A DNA stretch of 64,000 bases, taken from the NCBI GenBank assembly GCA_035703525.1, contig DASSYA010000024.1, positions 69,309 to 133,308 of the forward strand, written 5' to 3'. This document shows, piece after piece, positions 55,215-62,750 of this stretch. The position numbers and the translations under genes are program-made. The notes under the pieces are model-generated. The model did not search any database and was not told where the DNA came from. It saw only the letters and a program-made list of their open reading frames with translations. This DNA is from Gemmatimonadales bacterium (GTDB lineage: Bacteria > Gemmatimonadota > Gemmatimonadetes > Gemmatimonadales > GWC2-71-9). Each line of letters begins with the position of its first letter. The first letter of the stretch is position 1.

Positions 55215-55798
55215 GTGGCGCCCAGACCCAACTCCCGCTCGGCGGGGCGGAGCGCAACAAGCACCTCAGCGATCACATCGGCCACCGGGTGGCCGAGTTC
55301 GGCCGCGCCATCGAGCACGTCCTCCCGACTGACGCCTCGGGCGAACCCCTTGTCCTTGAGTTTCTTGGTGACCGACCTCACCTCGAGGTCAGCGAGAGAA
55401 CGCGAGGGGCGCACCAGGCCACAGGCGACCACAAAACCCGAGAGTTCGTCGACCGCGAAGAGGGTCCGCGCCATCGCGGTGGTGCGCGCGACCCCCGTGA
55501 ATCGGGCATGGCCGAGGATCGCCTGGCAGCCCTCCTCGGGGAAACCCAGCGTCCGGAGATGCTCGACCCCTGCCGTGGGATGCTCCCGGTCGGCGTGCCG
55601 CTCGTTGTTGGGGAATCGCTCGTAGTCGAAGTCGTGGAGCAGGCCGACCACACCCCACCACTCGGGGTCGGCGCTCTGGAGCCCGGCGAAATGCCGCATC
55701 GAGAGTTCCACGGCGCGCATATGCTGACGGAGCGCCTGGGAGGGCGTCCACTCCGTCATCAACGTCCAGGCCCAGTCGCGGGAGAAGGGGTCAGGCAT
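55211..55798 (-). CDS. HD domain phosphohydrolase
   Basis: HMRAVE...VVGLLHDFDYE...EHP...LGHA pattern (H...HD...H); 195 aa. Confidence 0.8.
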   Translation of the reverse strand: MPDPFSRDWAWTLMTEWTPSQALRQHMRAVELSMRHFAGLQSADPEWWGVVGLLHDFDYERFPNNERHADREHPTAGVEHLRTLGFPEEGCQAILGHARFTGVARTTAMARTLFAVDELSGFVVACGLVRPSRSLADLEVRSVTKKLKDKGFARGVSREDVLDGAAELGHPVADVIAEVLVALRPAERELGLGAT

Positions 55799-55823
55799 CC
55801 GGGAAAGCTACCGCCACTCGTAA

Positions 55824-55926
55824 GGGCGCAACATGTTGCGTCCGGGACGGCACCCCTCACGACGCGCTGGTACGCCCGGGACGGCACCCGGCGGTGCACT
55901 GGCCGGGGCGCAACATGTTGCGCCCC
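55824..55926. repeat. Twin palindromes GCGCAACATGTTGCG(T/C) plus a 17-nt direct repeat
   Basis: P1 GGGCGCAACATGTTGCGTCC at 55824-55843. P2 GGGGCGCAACATGTTGCGCCCC at 55905-55926. Centre-to-centre distance is 82 bp. Direct repeat CG(T/C)CCGGGACGGCACCC at 55839-55855 and 55873-55889. Confidence 0.7.
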
Positions 55927-56327
55927 TAGTGCACCGCCGGTTGCTGACGCGGCGGCTCCGTCACGGTGAACGGCACACGAGCCGCCTCGATACCATCGAT
56001 CGTCACCACGATCGCGTGTGGGCCGGTGCTCTGGACCGGGATATCGAGCACGATCACCCCTGGCGACACGATCTCCTCGATCCCGGGGTCGGGCTCGGGC
56101 ATGTGCATCATGCCATGATGCTCGAACCGGACCACCGAGGTCGGGTCGAGGAGCGAGAGCCCGACACGATGCTCCCCGACATCCTCGCGTCGCCCCGAGA
56201 GGAGCAGCACGAGGTGAGCGCGCGGATGGATGCCGGGCAGCTGGGGCACGACCACATGCCGCCAGATGCCGATGACCGAGAGCTTGCCCTGACTGTCGAC
56301 CAGGGCGTGGTCGGCCAGCGCGGCCAA
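55926..56327 (-). CDS. Small conserved beta-rich protein (DUF6941-like, tentative); start codon uncertain
   Basis: The coding-like part begins right after the cyclophilin stop: (L)T(I)KIALAALADHALVDSQGKLSVIGIW... The first canonical start is TTG 56327. ATC 56339 or CTG 56345 would give the family-typical N-terminus MKIAL. The upstream 70 codons of the track ORF overlap the cyclophilin gene and look non-coding. Confidence 0.5.
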   Translation of the reverse strand: MAALADHALVDSQGKLSVIGIWRHVVVPQLPGIHPRAHLVLLLSGRREDVGEHRVGLSLLDPTSVVRFEHHGMMHMPEPDPGIEEIVSPGVIVLDIPVQSTGPHAIVVTIDGIEAARVPFTVTEPPRQQPAVH

Positions 56328-56341
56328 GGCGATCTTGATGG

Positions 56342-56788
56342 TCAGGCCACCCGGATCGAGTTCACGACGTCGCCCTGGGCAATCTTCATCACGATGTCGA
56401 GCCCGTCGGTCACCTGACCGAACACCGTATGCACGCCATCGAGATGGGGTTGCGGCGAATGGGCGATGAAGAACTGGCTCCCGCCGGTATTCTTGCCGGC
56501 ATGCGCCATCGAGAGCGCGCCCGCCTTGTGCTTGTGCGGATTGCCCGCGGTCTCGCACTTGATCGTCCAGCCCGGACCGCCGGTCCCGACGCGCGGGTTC
56601 GACGGATCCTTCGAGAGCGGGTCGCCGCCCTGGATCACGAAGTCCTTGATCACCCGATGGAACCGGGTGCCGTCGTAGTACTCGCTGTTGGCGAGCTTCT
56701 CGAAGTTGGCGACGGTCTCGGGCGCTGCGTCGTCGTAAAGTTCAGCGGTGATGGTGCCGCGGGCAGTGTCGATGGTTGCTGTTTTCAT
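56342..56788 (-). CDS. Peptidyl-prolyl cis-trans isomerase, cyclophilin type
   Basis: ATG 56788 ([32 protein letters not shown]). [33 protein letters not shown]. Confidence 0.9.
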   Translation of the reverse strand: MKTATIDTARGTITAELYDDAAPETVANFEKLANSEYYDGTRFHRVIKDFVIQGGDPLSKDPSNPRVGTGGPGWTIKCETAGNPHKHKAGALSMAHAGKNTGGSQFFIAHSPQPHLDGVHTVFGQVTDGLDIVMKIAQGDVVNSIRVA

Positions 56789-56789
56789 G

Positions 56790-56910
56790 GTGAGGTGTGA
56801 GTCCTGGGTCCTGAGAAGTGAGAAGTGAGAAGTGAGAAGTCGGAAGTCGGAAGTCGGTCCCAATCTAGCAGGATGTGAGATCACCTCAGGACTCGGGACT
56901 CACACCTCAC
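56790..56910. repeat. 26-bp inverted repeat enclosing a heptamer tandem repeat
   Basis: Arms at 56790-56815 (GTGAGGTGTGAGTCCTGGGTCCTGAG) and 56885-56910 (CTCAGGACTCGGGACTCACACCTCAC). 24 Watson-Crick positions, plus 2 that are G-U wobbles only on the plus-strand RNA. The loop holds 6.7 copies of a 7-mer (plus strand GAGAAGT x4 then CGGAAGT x2.4, about 56811-56857). One arm ends 1 nt before the cyclophilin ATG and the other covers the nth stop codon. Confidence 0.75.
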
Positions 56911-57553
56911 GTCTCGATGGGCAGAGCGCCGCCACCACACATTCCCCGCATTTCGGTCGATTGGCGATGCAGACGCGGCGCCCGTGCCAGATCAGCAGGT
57001 GACTCACCAGCGCCCAGTCCTCGCGCGGGACCAGCGGCATCAGCTCGCGCTCGATCTTCTCGGGATCGGTGGCCGGGGTCAGCCGCAGCAGATTGGCGAG
57101 ACGCCGCACATGGGTATCGACCGTGATTCCCTCATTGAGGCCGAAGGCATTGCCGAGGATCACATTGGCCGTCTTCCGGCCGACGCCGGGGATCGGTCGG
57201 AGTTCCGCCATGCTCCGCGGGACCACGCCCTCGTGGTCGGCGACGAGCGCCTGGGCCATCCCGATGAGCGAGCGCGCCTTGTTGCGGAAGAACCCGGTCG
57301 AGCGGATCACGTCCTCGACCTCGCCCTGCTCGGCGTCGGCCAGCGCGGCGGCCGTGGGCCAGCGCCGGAACAATTCGGGCGTGACCATGTTGACGCGCAC
57401 GTCGGTGCACTGTGCCGAGAGGATCGTGGCCGCGAGCAGTTCGAACGGTGTCCGGAAATCCAGTTCGCAGTGCGCATCGGGGTATTCCGCCTTGAGGCGC
57501 GCCAGGATCTCGTGCGTACGTGCGATGCGCGCCGCGTTCGATTCGCGTGGCAC
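56900..57553 (-). CDS. nth: Endonuclease III
   Basis: HhH-GPD motif (LRPIPGVGRKTANVILGNAF, DTHV) and 4Fe-4S cluster loop C..NRPKCGECVVAALC. The GTG start overlaps the PolX stop by 1 nt. Confidence 0.9.
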   Translation of the reverse strand: MPRESNAARIARTHEILARLKAEYPDAHCELDFRTPFELLAATILSAQCTDVRVNMVTPELFRRWPTAAALADAEQGEVEDVIRSTGFFRNKARSLIGMAQALVADHEGVVPRSMAELRPIPGVGRKTANVILGNAFGLNEGITVDTHVRRLANLLRLTPATDPEKIERELMPLVPREDWALVSHLLIWHGRRVCIANRPKCGECVVAALCPSRREV

Positions 57554-59271
57554 TACCGGCGGCGTGCGCGTGCGAAGGCGAGGAACTCCTCGGCACGGCG
57601 GCTGTTGAGGATGTCCGCCGGCCCGAGGCCGCCTTTCCGCGCGATCGCCACACCGAAGTCGACGTTGTCGAGCCCACCGAGATTGTGTGCATCCGATCCG
57701 ATCGAGATCATCACCCCCGCCGCGCGCGCGCGGCGGAGCACGCGCCAGTCGAGATCGAGTCGGTGCGGATCGGCGTTGATCTCGATCCCCACCCCGGCCC
57801 GGCCAGCGGCCTCGAAGAGCTGGTCAAGGTCGACCGGGTACCCTTCGCGCGACAGGAGCAGGCGGCCGGTCGGGTGGCCGATCAGCGTGACATACGGCGA
57901 CTCGATCGCCCGGAGGAACCGGGATGTCATCTCGGCCTCGTTCATGGTGAAACGCGAGTGCACACTCGCGATGATGAAGTCGAATCCTGCGAGCACCTCG
58001 TCGGGATAGTCCAGGGCACCATCGGCGAGGATATCGCTCTCGATGCCCTTGAACACCGTGATGCCGAGGTCCAGCGCGTTGACCGCATCGATCTCGTCCC
58101 ACTGACGTCGGATGTCGTCGGCCTGCATGCCGCCCGCGTACGCCGCCGAGCGCGAGTGATCGGTGATGCCAAGCCACTCGTACCCCGCCGCCCGCACGCC
58201 GCGGGCGAGTTCCTCGACGGAGTTGGTGCCATCGGAGTAGGTCGTGTGACAGTGGAGGAATCCTCGCAAGTCACGCCGGTCGAGCAGCGTCGGGAGGGGC
58301 CGATCGAGCTCATCACCATTCTCGCGCAACTCGGGCGGGATCCACGGGAGCCCGAGCGCGGCGTAGAGGGTCTCCTCGTCGGGTGTGGGCACGAATCGAC
58401 TGCCCTGCCAGAGCGCCGTCCCTGCGAGCGTGAATCCGCGCGCTTCGGCCTGGGCCGTGAGCCGGGCCAGGTGCCCCGCATTCCCGGTGGCCTGCACAAG
58501 TACCGCCCCGAGATTCTGGGGTGGCGTCACCACGACCTGGACCGGAGCACCGCCCTGAAAGCGCAGCGTCGCACGCCGCTCGTCCTGCCCGGCGACCTCG
58601 CTCACTCCCACCCCGGCCCCGATCGAGCGGAACACCTCCGCGGGCGCGACATCGGCGACCACAACGAGGATCTGCTCCTGAACCACCTCGTCCCGCCGCC
58701 GGACGGCACCCGCGGGATGCACCGCCAACACATGCGGCTGCGCCGACAGGGCGTCCGCAATCGCTGTCGCCTCGTCGCGGGCGTGATGCGCCAGACGCCA
58801 GACCGAGGCGGCCCGCAGGAAGGCGATCGCCTTGAGGACGTTCTCCGCCGTGCGCGCGCCGAAGCGGGGCAGGGCGGCGAGACGACCATCGCGGGCAGCG
58901 GCCTCGAGTTCAGGCAGGGTCTCGATCCCGAGCCCTTCGTGGATCTGTCGGATCTTCGCGACGCCGAGTCCGGAGATGGCCAGCATCTCGACGAGTCCCG
59001 GAGGCACCGCCTCGCGCAAGGACTCGAGCAACGAGGAACGTCCGGTGGTGACCAGCTCGGTGATGACCTCGAGGATGGCTGGACCGATACCCTTGGCTTC
59101 GGCGAGACTGCCATCCGCGATGGCGGCCTCGAGTTCACTCGGGAAGCCTTCGACGGTCTTCTCCGCGGTGCGGAACGCCCGAACCCGGAACGGGTTCTCT
59201 CCCTGCAGTTCGAGATAGGAGGCGATGCGTTCCAGCGTCACCGCCACACCCTTCCGGTCCATCATCGGCAT
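57553..59271 (-). CDS. polX: Family X DNA polymerase with C-terminal PHP domain (PolX)
   Basis: N-terminal 8-kDa/HhH region (FRVRAFRTAEKTV, GIGPAILEVITE, GLGVAKIRQIHE). PHP motifs (FLHCHTTYSDG, ITDHS, ASVHS, IGSDAH). Confidence 0.9.
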   Translation of the reverse strand: MPMMDRKGVAVTLERIASYLELQGENPFRVRAFRTAEKTVEGFPSELEAAIADGSLAEAKGIGPAILEVITELVTTGRSSLLESLREAVPPGLVEMLAISGLGVAKIRQIHEGLGIETLPELEAAARDGRLAALPRFGARTAENVLKAIAFLRAASVWRLAHHARDEATAIADALSAQPHVLAVHPAGAVRRRDEVVQEQILVVVADVAPAEVFRSIGAGVGVSEVAGQDERRATLRFQGGAPVQVVVTPPQNLGAVLVQATGNAGHLARLTAQAEARGFTLAGTALWQGSRFVPTPDEETLYAALGLPWIPPELRENGDELDRPLPTLLDRRDLRGFLHCHTTYSDGTNSVEELARGVRAAGYEWLGITDHSRSAAYAGGMQADDIRRQWDEIDAVNALDLGITVFKGIESDILADGALDYPDEVLAGFDFIIASVHSRFTMNEAEMTSRFLRAIESPYVTLIGHPTGRLLLSREGYPVDLDQLFEAAGRAGVGIEINADPHRLDLDWRVLRRARAAGVMISIGSDAHNLGGLDNVDFGVAIARKGGLGPADILNSRRAEEFLAFARARRR

Positions 59272-59280
59272 GGGGCCTCG

Positions 59281-59913
59281 TCAGGTATCGGGAACATTCC
59301 AGGCGAGCAGGAGCAGCTCCTCGCGAGTGTCGACGCTCGCCAGTCCGGCGGTGTCGCCGCCGTCCATCCTCGGCGCAAAAGTCGGACTGCAATCGGGACG
59401 CTGCCAGCCGGTCGGCCGCTCCCCCTCCGCGAGCAGGACCGAGAGCCCGGGCCGGCTCCCGTGCAACCCCAGACAGGCAACCACCCGTCGCCTGGGACCG
59501 TGCGTCATCACAAACCAGCCGTCGATCGGCTCGTGGACTCCTGCCTCGTCGAGCCGCGCCCAGATCTGCCTCGGATCCACCTGAATGTAGCAGACGATGG
59601 CAGTCGGAGTCGCGTTCGCGCGGTCGGGCGTGGGCTCGAGCAGCGCGGCGGTTGCAGCCGCATCGAGGTGCCGGTCGACTCCACCGCTCGCCCACCACAG
59701 CCAGGCGGCATGCACAAACGCCACGAACTCCTGGGCCGCCTCACCCAGGCCATCCTCCGGCCGAAGCTCCTGCAGCAACGTGAGCGCCGGTTCGACCAGC
59801 AGGAACCGCTCGAGCGAGGTCGCCTCGCCCATCGCCTCGCTGATCGCCGGAAATCGCTCGGCAACGATCGCCCCGAAGACGTGCTCGACCGGGTGGAGTC
59901 TGGGTGCACTCAT
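59281..59913 (-). CDS. Hypothetical protein (210 aa) embedded in the PolX/Nth operon
   Basis: Coding-like GC3. The ATG overlaps the hydrolase stop (ATGA) and the stop lies 10 nt before the PolX ATG. No recognisable motif. Confidence 0.6.
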   Translation of the reverse strand: MSAPRLHPVEHVFGAIVAERFPAISEAMGEATSLERFLLVEPALTLLQELRPEDGLGEAAQEFVAFVHAAWLWWASGGVDRHLDAAATAALLEPTPDRANATPTAIVCYIQVDPRQIWARLDEAGVHEPIDGWFVMTHGPRRRVVACLGLHGSRPGLSVLLAEGERPTGWQRPDCSPTFAPRMDGGDTAGLASVDTREELLLLAWNVPDT

Positions 59914-60746
59914 GCGCGGGGCAGGAACGCGTCGAGTACCCGGACGAATTCCGCGTGCGCTTCGACATAGGGGACATGCCCGGCGTCCGGCACGCTCACG
60001 AACGCTGCGCCGAGCGCCTCGGCGGTACGGCGCGCACTGTCGACCGGGATCGGGTCATCCTCGCCATGCAGGACAATCGCCGGCAGGTGCAGTTCCCGGA
60101 GTCGGGGACGAAGATCATAGTCATCGCCGAGCGAGGCCCAGACCTCGCCCTGCGTGCGGCCCGTGACTCGAAAGGGTGTGAGATCGCGTGCCCGGACGGG
60201 ATCGTGGAAATATCCCGCGACCGCCAGCTCGAACAGCCGGCGGGCATGCGCCTCGGGATCGCGTTGCCGGAGCCCGCTGGCTTGCAGTGCTTCCCGGGCC
60301 GCCACGAGGTCCGGCGTCCGTGATCTCGCAGCCAGTGCGGCCTCGAATTCCGTCCGCTCGGCTCGGTTGGCCGGGGCGGGGGAGACCAGCGCCAGCGACC
60401 GGACCCGATCGGGATGGCTGATCGCGTAGAGCATCGCCAGCAGCGCGCCCCACGAATAGCCCAGCAGATCCAGCCGCTCGACTCCCCAGATCGCCCGGAG
60501 CGCCTCGAGGTCGGCGACCTGCTCCGTCCAGCCGACGGGCACGTCGCGATCGACCGCCGACCTCCCCCCCCCACGCTGATCGTAGTAGACCAGGGTGCGT
60601 CCATGGGCGAGAGCATCGAAGCCGGGCAACAGGTAGTCGTGGTGCGCACCCGGACCGCCGTGGAGCACGGGCACCAGCGGGCCACCGGCACCGGCACGAC
60701 GTTCGTACAGCTCGACGCCGCGCACGTGCCGCGTGCATTCGGTCAC
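59910..60746 (-). CDS. Alpha/beta hydrolase (proline iminopeptidase-like)
   Basis: GTG 60746 lies 15 nt after the GAF gene stop. HGGPG oxyanion motif, nucleophile elbow GYSWG, C-terminal His context (DAGHVPYVE). Confidence 0.8.
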   Translation of the reverse strand: MTECTRHVRGVELYERRAGAGGPLVPVLHGGPGAHHDYLLPGFDALAHGRTLVYYDQRGGGRSAVDRDVPVGWTEQVADLEALRAIWGVERLDLLGYSWGALLAMLYAISHPDRVRSLALVSPAPANRAERTEFEAALAARSRTPDLVAAREALQASGLRQRDPEAHARRLFELAVAGYFHDPVRARDLTPFRVTGRTQGEVWASLGDDYDLRPRLRELHLPAIVLHGEDDPIPVDSARRTAEALGAAFVSVPDAGHVPYVEAHAEFVRVLDAFLPRA

Positions 60747-60760
60747 TGCGACCTCGCCGC

Positions 60761-61219
60761 TCAGAGCAGCACCGCCAGGCCATCGGCCACTTCGCGCACG
60801 GCGGCGACCTCGTCGGGAGTGAAGGGGTCGACCACGTCGGAGTCGACGTCGATCTGGCCCAGGATCTTGCCGGCGCGGCGGATCAGTACCACGAGTTCCG
60901 ACTTCGTGAACAGGTTGCACGCGATGTAGTTCTCACGTCCCTGCACGTCGCCGACATTCTGGTCGAGTCCGGTGGCGACGGCGGTGCCACAGACGCCCTT
61001 GCCGACCGGAATCGAGGTGTGGTCGGTCTCGCGACCCGCGTAGGCCTCAAGCTGTAGGTCGTCGCCGTGGAGCATGTACAGGTAGACCGAGGTGTAGGGC
61101 GGCCCCGCATCCTGGATGAGTGTCGCGGCCAGCGTGAGCAGGGTGGCCCGATCGGCCTCATGCGTGAATGCGCTCCGGAGCCGGGTGATGACCCGATTGG
61201 CGTCGAGAACCGTACTCAT
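60761..61219 (-). CDS. GAF domain protein, free methionine-(R)-sulfoxide reductase-like
   Basis: ATG 61219. 152 aa. GKGVCGTAVATGLDQNVGDVQGRENYIACNLFTKSELVVLI resembles the fRMsr/YebR GAF active-site region. Confidence 0.8.
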   Translation of the reverse strand: MSTVLDANRVITRLRSAFTHEADRATLLTLAATLIQDAGPPYTSVYLYMLHGDDLQLEAYAGRETDHTSIPVGKGVCGTAVATGLDQNVGDVQGRENYIACNLFTKSELVVLIRRAGKILGQIDVDSDVVDPFTPDEVAAVREVADGLAVLL

Positions 61220-61590
61220 CCGCCGGGCCGCTTGCCGAGGGTGACCTTGACCTTCCGCTCGAGGAAATCGCGCATGTAGACCACCTCGATGGTCTCGCCG
61301 GGCGGGTGCGCGCGGAGCACCTCGACCATGGCGCGGAGATCGACCACCGGGGCGCCGGCCATCGCGACGATCCGGTCGCCCTTCCGGAGGCCGGCCTTCG
61401 CGGCTGGGGAGCTGTCGGAGACGCCGGCGAGGGTGATCCCGGCCTCGGTGGCATCCATGTCCGGCACCGACCCGAACCAGGCGCCGTAGCCGGTGGTCGC
61501 CGGCTGGGGCCGGGTGGTGTCGGTGGGGGACTGGGCCCGGACCGGGAGGGCCAGCAACAGGCAGGCGAGAGTCGTGCCGATGCGTCGCAT
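61216..61590 (-). CDS. Small secreted PDZ domain protein
   Basis: ATG 61590 gives the signal peptide MRRIGTTLACLLLALPVRAQ. PDZ core GITLAGVSDSSPAAKAGLRKGDRIVAMAG. The stop overlaps the GAF gene ATG (ATGA). Confidence 0.7.
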   Translation of the reverse strand: MRRIGTTLACLLLALPVRAQSPTDTTRPQPATTGYGAWFGSVPDMDATEAGITLAGVSDSSPAAKAGLRKGDRIVAMAGAPVVDLRAMVEVLRAHPPGETIEVVYMRDFLERKVKVTLGKRPGG

Positions 61591-61680
61591 CTGGTGTATC
61601 CTGAATGAGGGAAGTGGAGTCTGTCCCAGTGACTGGCCCTGATGGTATCGGGGGATCCACGGATGGAACCAGCCCACGGA

Positions 61681-62748
61681 ATGAGGATAATGCCGACCAC
61701 GCTGACTGCTCTCCTCGCCGCCGTCGTCCATGACGCGCGTGCCGCCGCGGCCAACGCCGACACGGTGGGGCTGGATCATGCCGCCGCGATGCTGACCAGC
61801 GCCGCCGCCGGCCAACCGCTCCACCTCGAGCGCGATCGGGGGCGGTTGATTGTCAACGGCCTGCCGATGACCGAGGACGCTCCGGGGGCCGCCCTGCTCA
61901 ACAACGCCATGCGCCAGCACGGCACGGTCCGGATCGACTTTCCGGCCGGGCTCCAACCCGCTGATTGGGCCGCAATCGGGATGCTCTACGCATCAGCCGC
62001 CGCCCTCTACCCGACCGGCGAGCACTTCCGCGCCGCGCTCGAGGGCACCGCTCCCGGGATCGCCGTGCAGGCGGAACAGGACTTCGGGATCGTGATCGAC
62101 GATCGGACCGACTGGATGGAACCATCGGCAGGCCCCCGCGACGAACCGGCGACCGATGTGACCTCGAGCGTGGGGGAACGTGCCGGACTCTCACTCGAGC
62201 TCGATCCGCTCATCGCGGAGGCACACGCCGCCGTCTCGAAGCGTGACTGGTTCGCCATCGCCGAGGTGGTGATCCGGATGCACGCGCTCGAGACCGCCGA
62301 CCACGACGGGTCACGCGCGATCCTGGTGCGCGAGTGCCGTCGTGTCGTCCCCGAGATGGCCCGGGCAGGGCTGGTCAGGCTCATCGCGGCCGGCGGCGCG
62401 CCACCGACGATCGTGGAGGCGGTCCGGCTCCTCGGGCACGACGGAGCCAATGCCCTGATCGATGCGATCGCCGCCGATCCGACGCGCACCGAGCGACGGG
62501 CGCTGCTGGAGGTGCTGGGGCGGATCGAGGGGATCGACGGGCTGATCATCGATTCGATCCTGTCGCCTTCGGCCGATCTGGCGCGCGACATGGCGGACCT
62601 TGCCGGCCGACGACGGATCGACGCGGCCGTTGACAACCTGACGCGTCAACTCAGGCATCCCGACGAATCGGTCCGCACCGCGGCCTGGCGCGCGCTCGAG
62701 GGGATCGGCACGGTCGAGGCCATCGAGGCGCTCAACCGCGGACGCTGA
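61681..62748 (+). CDS. Hypothetical protein with C-terminal HEAT-like repeats
   Basis: Coding-like frame. C-terminal LRHPDESVRTAAWRALEGIGTVEAIEAL is HEAT/PBS-lyase-like. Start uncertain (ATG 61681 or 61690; the track start at 61642 is GTG). Confidence 0.55.
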   Translation: MRIMPTTLTALLAAVVHDARAAAANADTVGLDHAAAMLTSAAAGQPLHLERDRGRLIVNGLPMTEDAPGAALLNNAMRQHGTVRIDFPAGLQPADWAAIGMLYASAAALYPTGEHFRAALEGTAPGIAVQAEQDFGIVIDDRTDWMEPSAGPRDEPATDVTSSVGERAGLSLELDPLIAEAHAAVSKRDWFAIAEVVIRMHALETADHDGSRAILVRECRRVVPEMARAGLVRLIAAGGAPPTIVEAVRLLGHDGANALIDAIAADPTRTERRALLEVLGRIEGIDGLIIDSILSPSADLARDMADLAGRRRIDAAVDNLTRQLRHPDESVRTAAWRALEGIGTVEAIEALNRGR

Positions 62749-62750
62749 GG

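Noticed and set aside
57520-59970. Very long ORFs on the opposite strand or in alternative frames of confirmed genes. Examples: 57520-59970 (816 aa), 19933-22323 (796 aa), 45629-47734 (701 aa), 48741-50657 (638 aa), 13879-15612 (577 aa), 2491-4062 (523 aa) and 24530-25918 (462 aa).
   Set aside because: Each overlaps a gene with clear family motifs on the other strand. Their products are low-complexity R/G/P/H-rich sequences. Stop codons are rare in all frames at this GC content.
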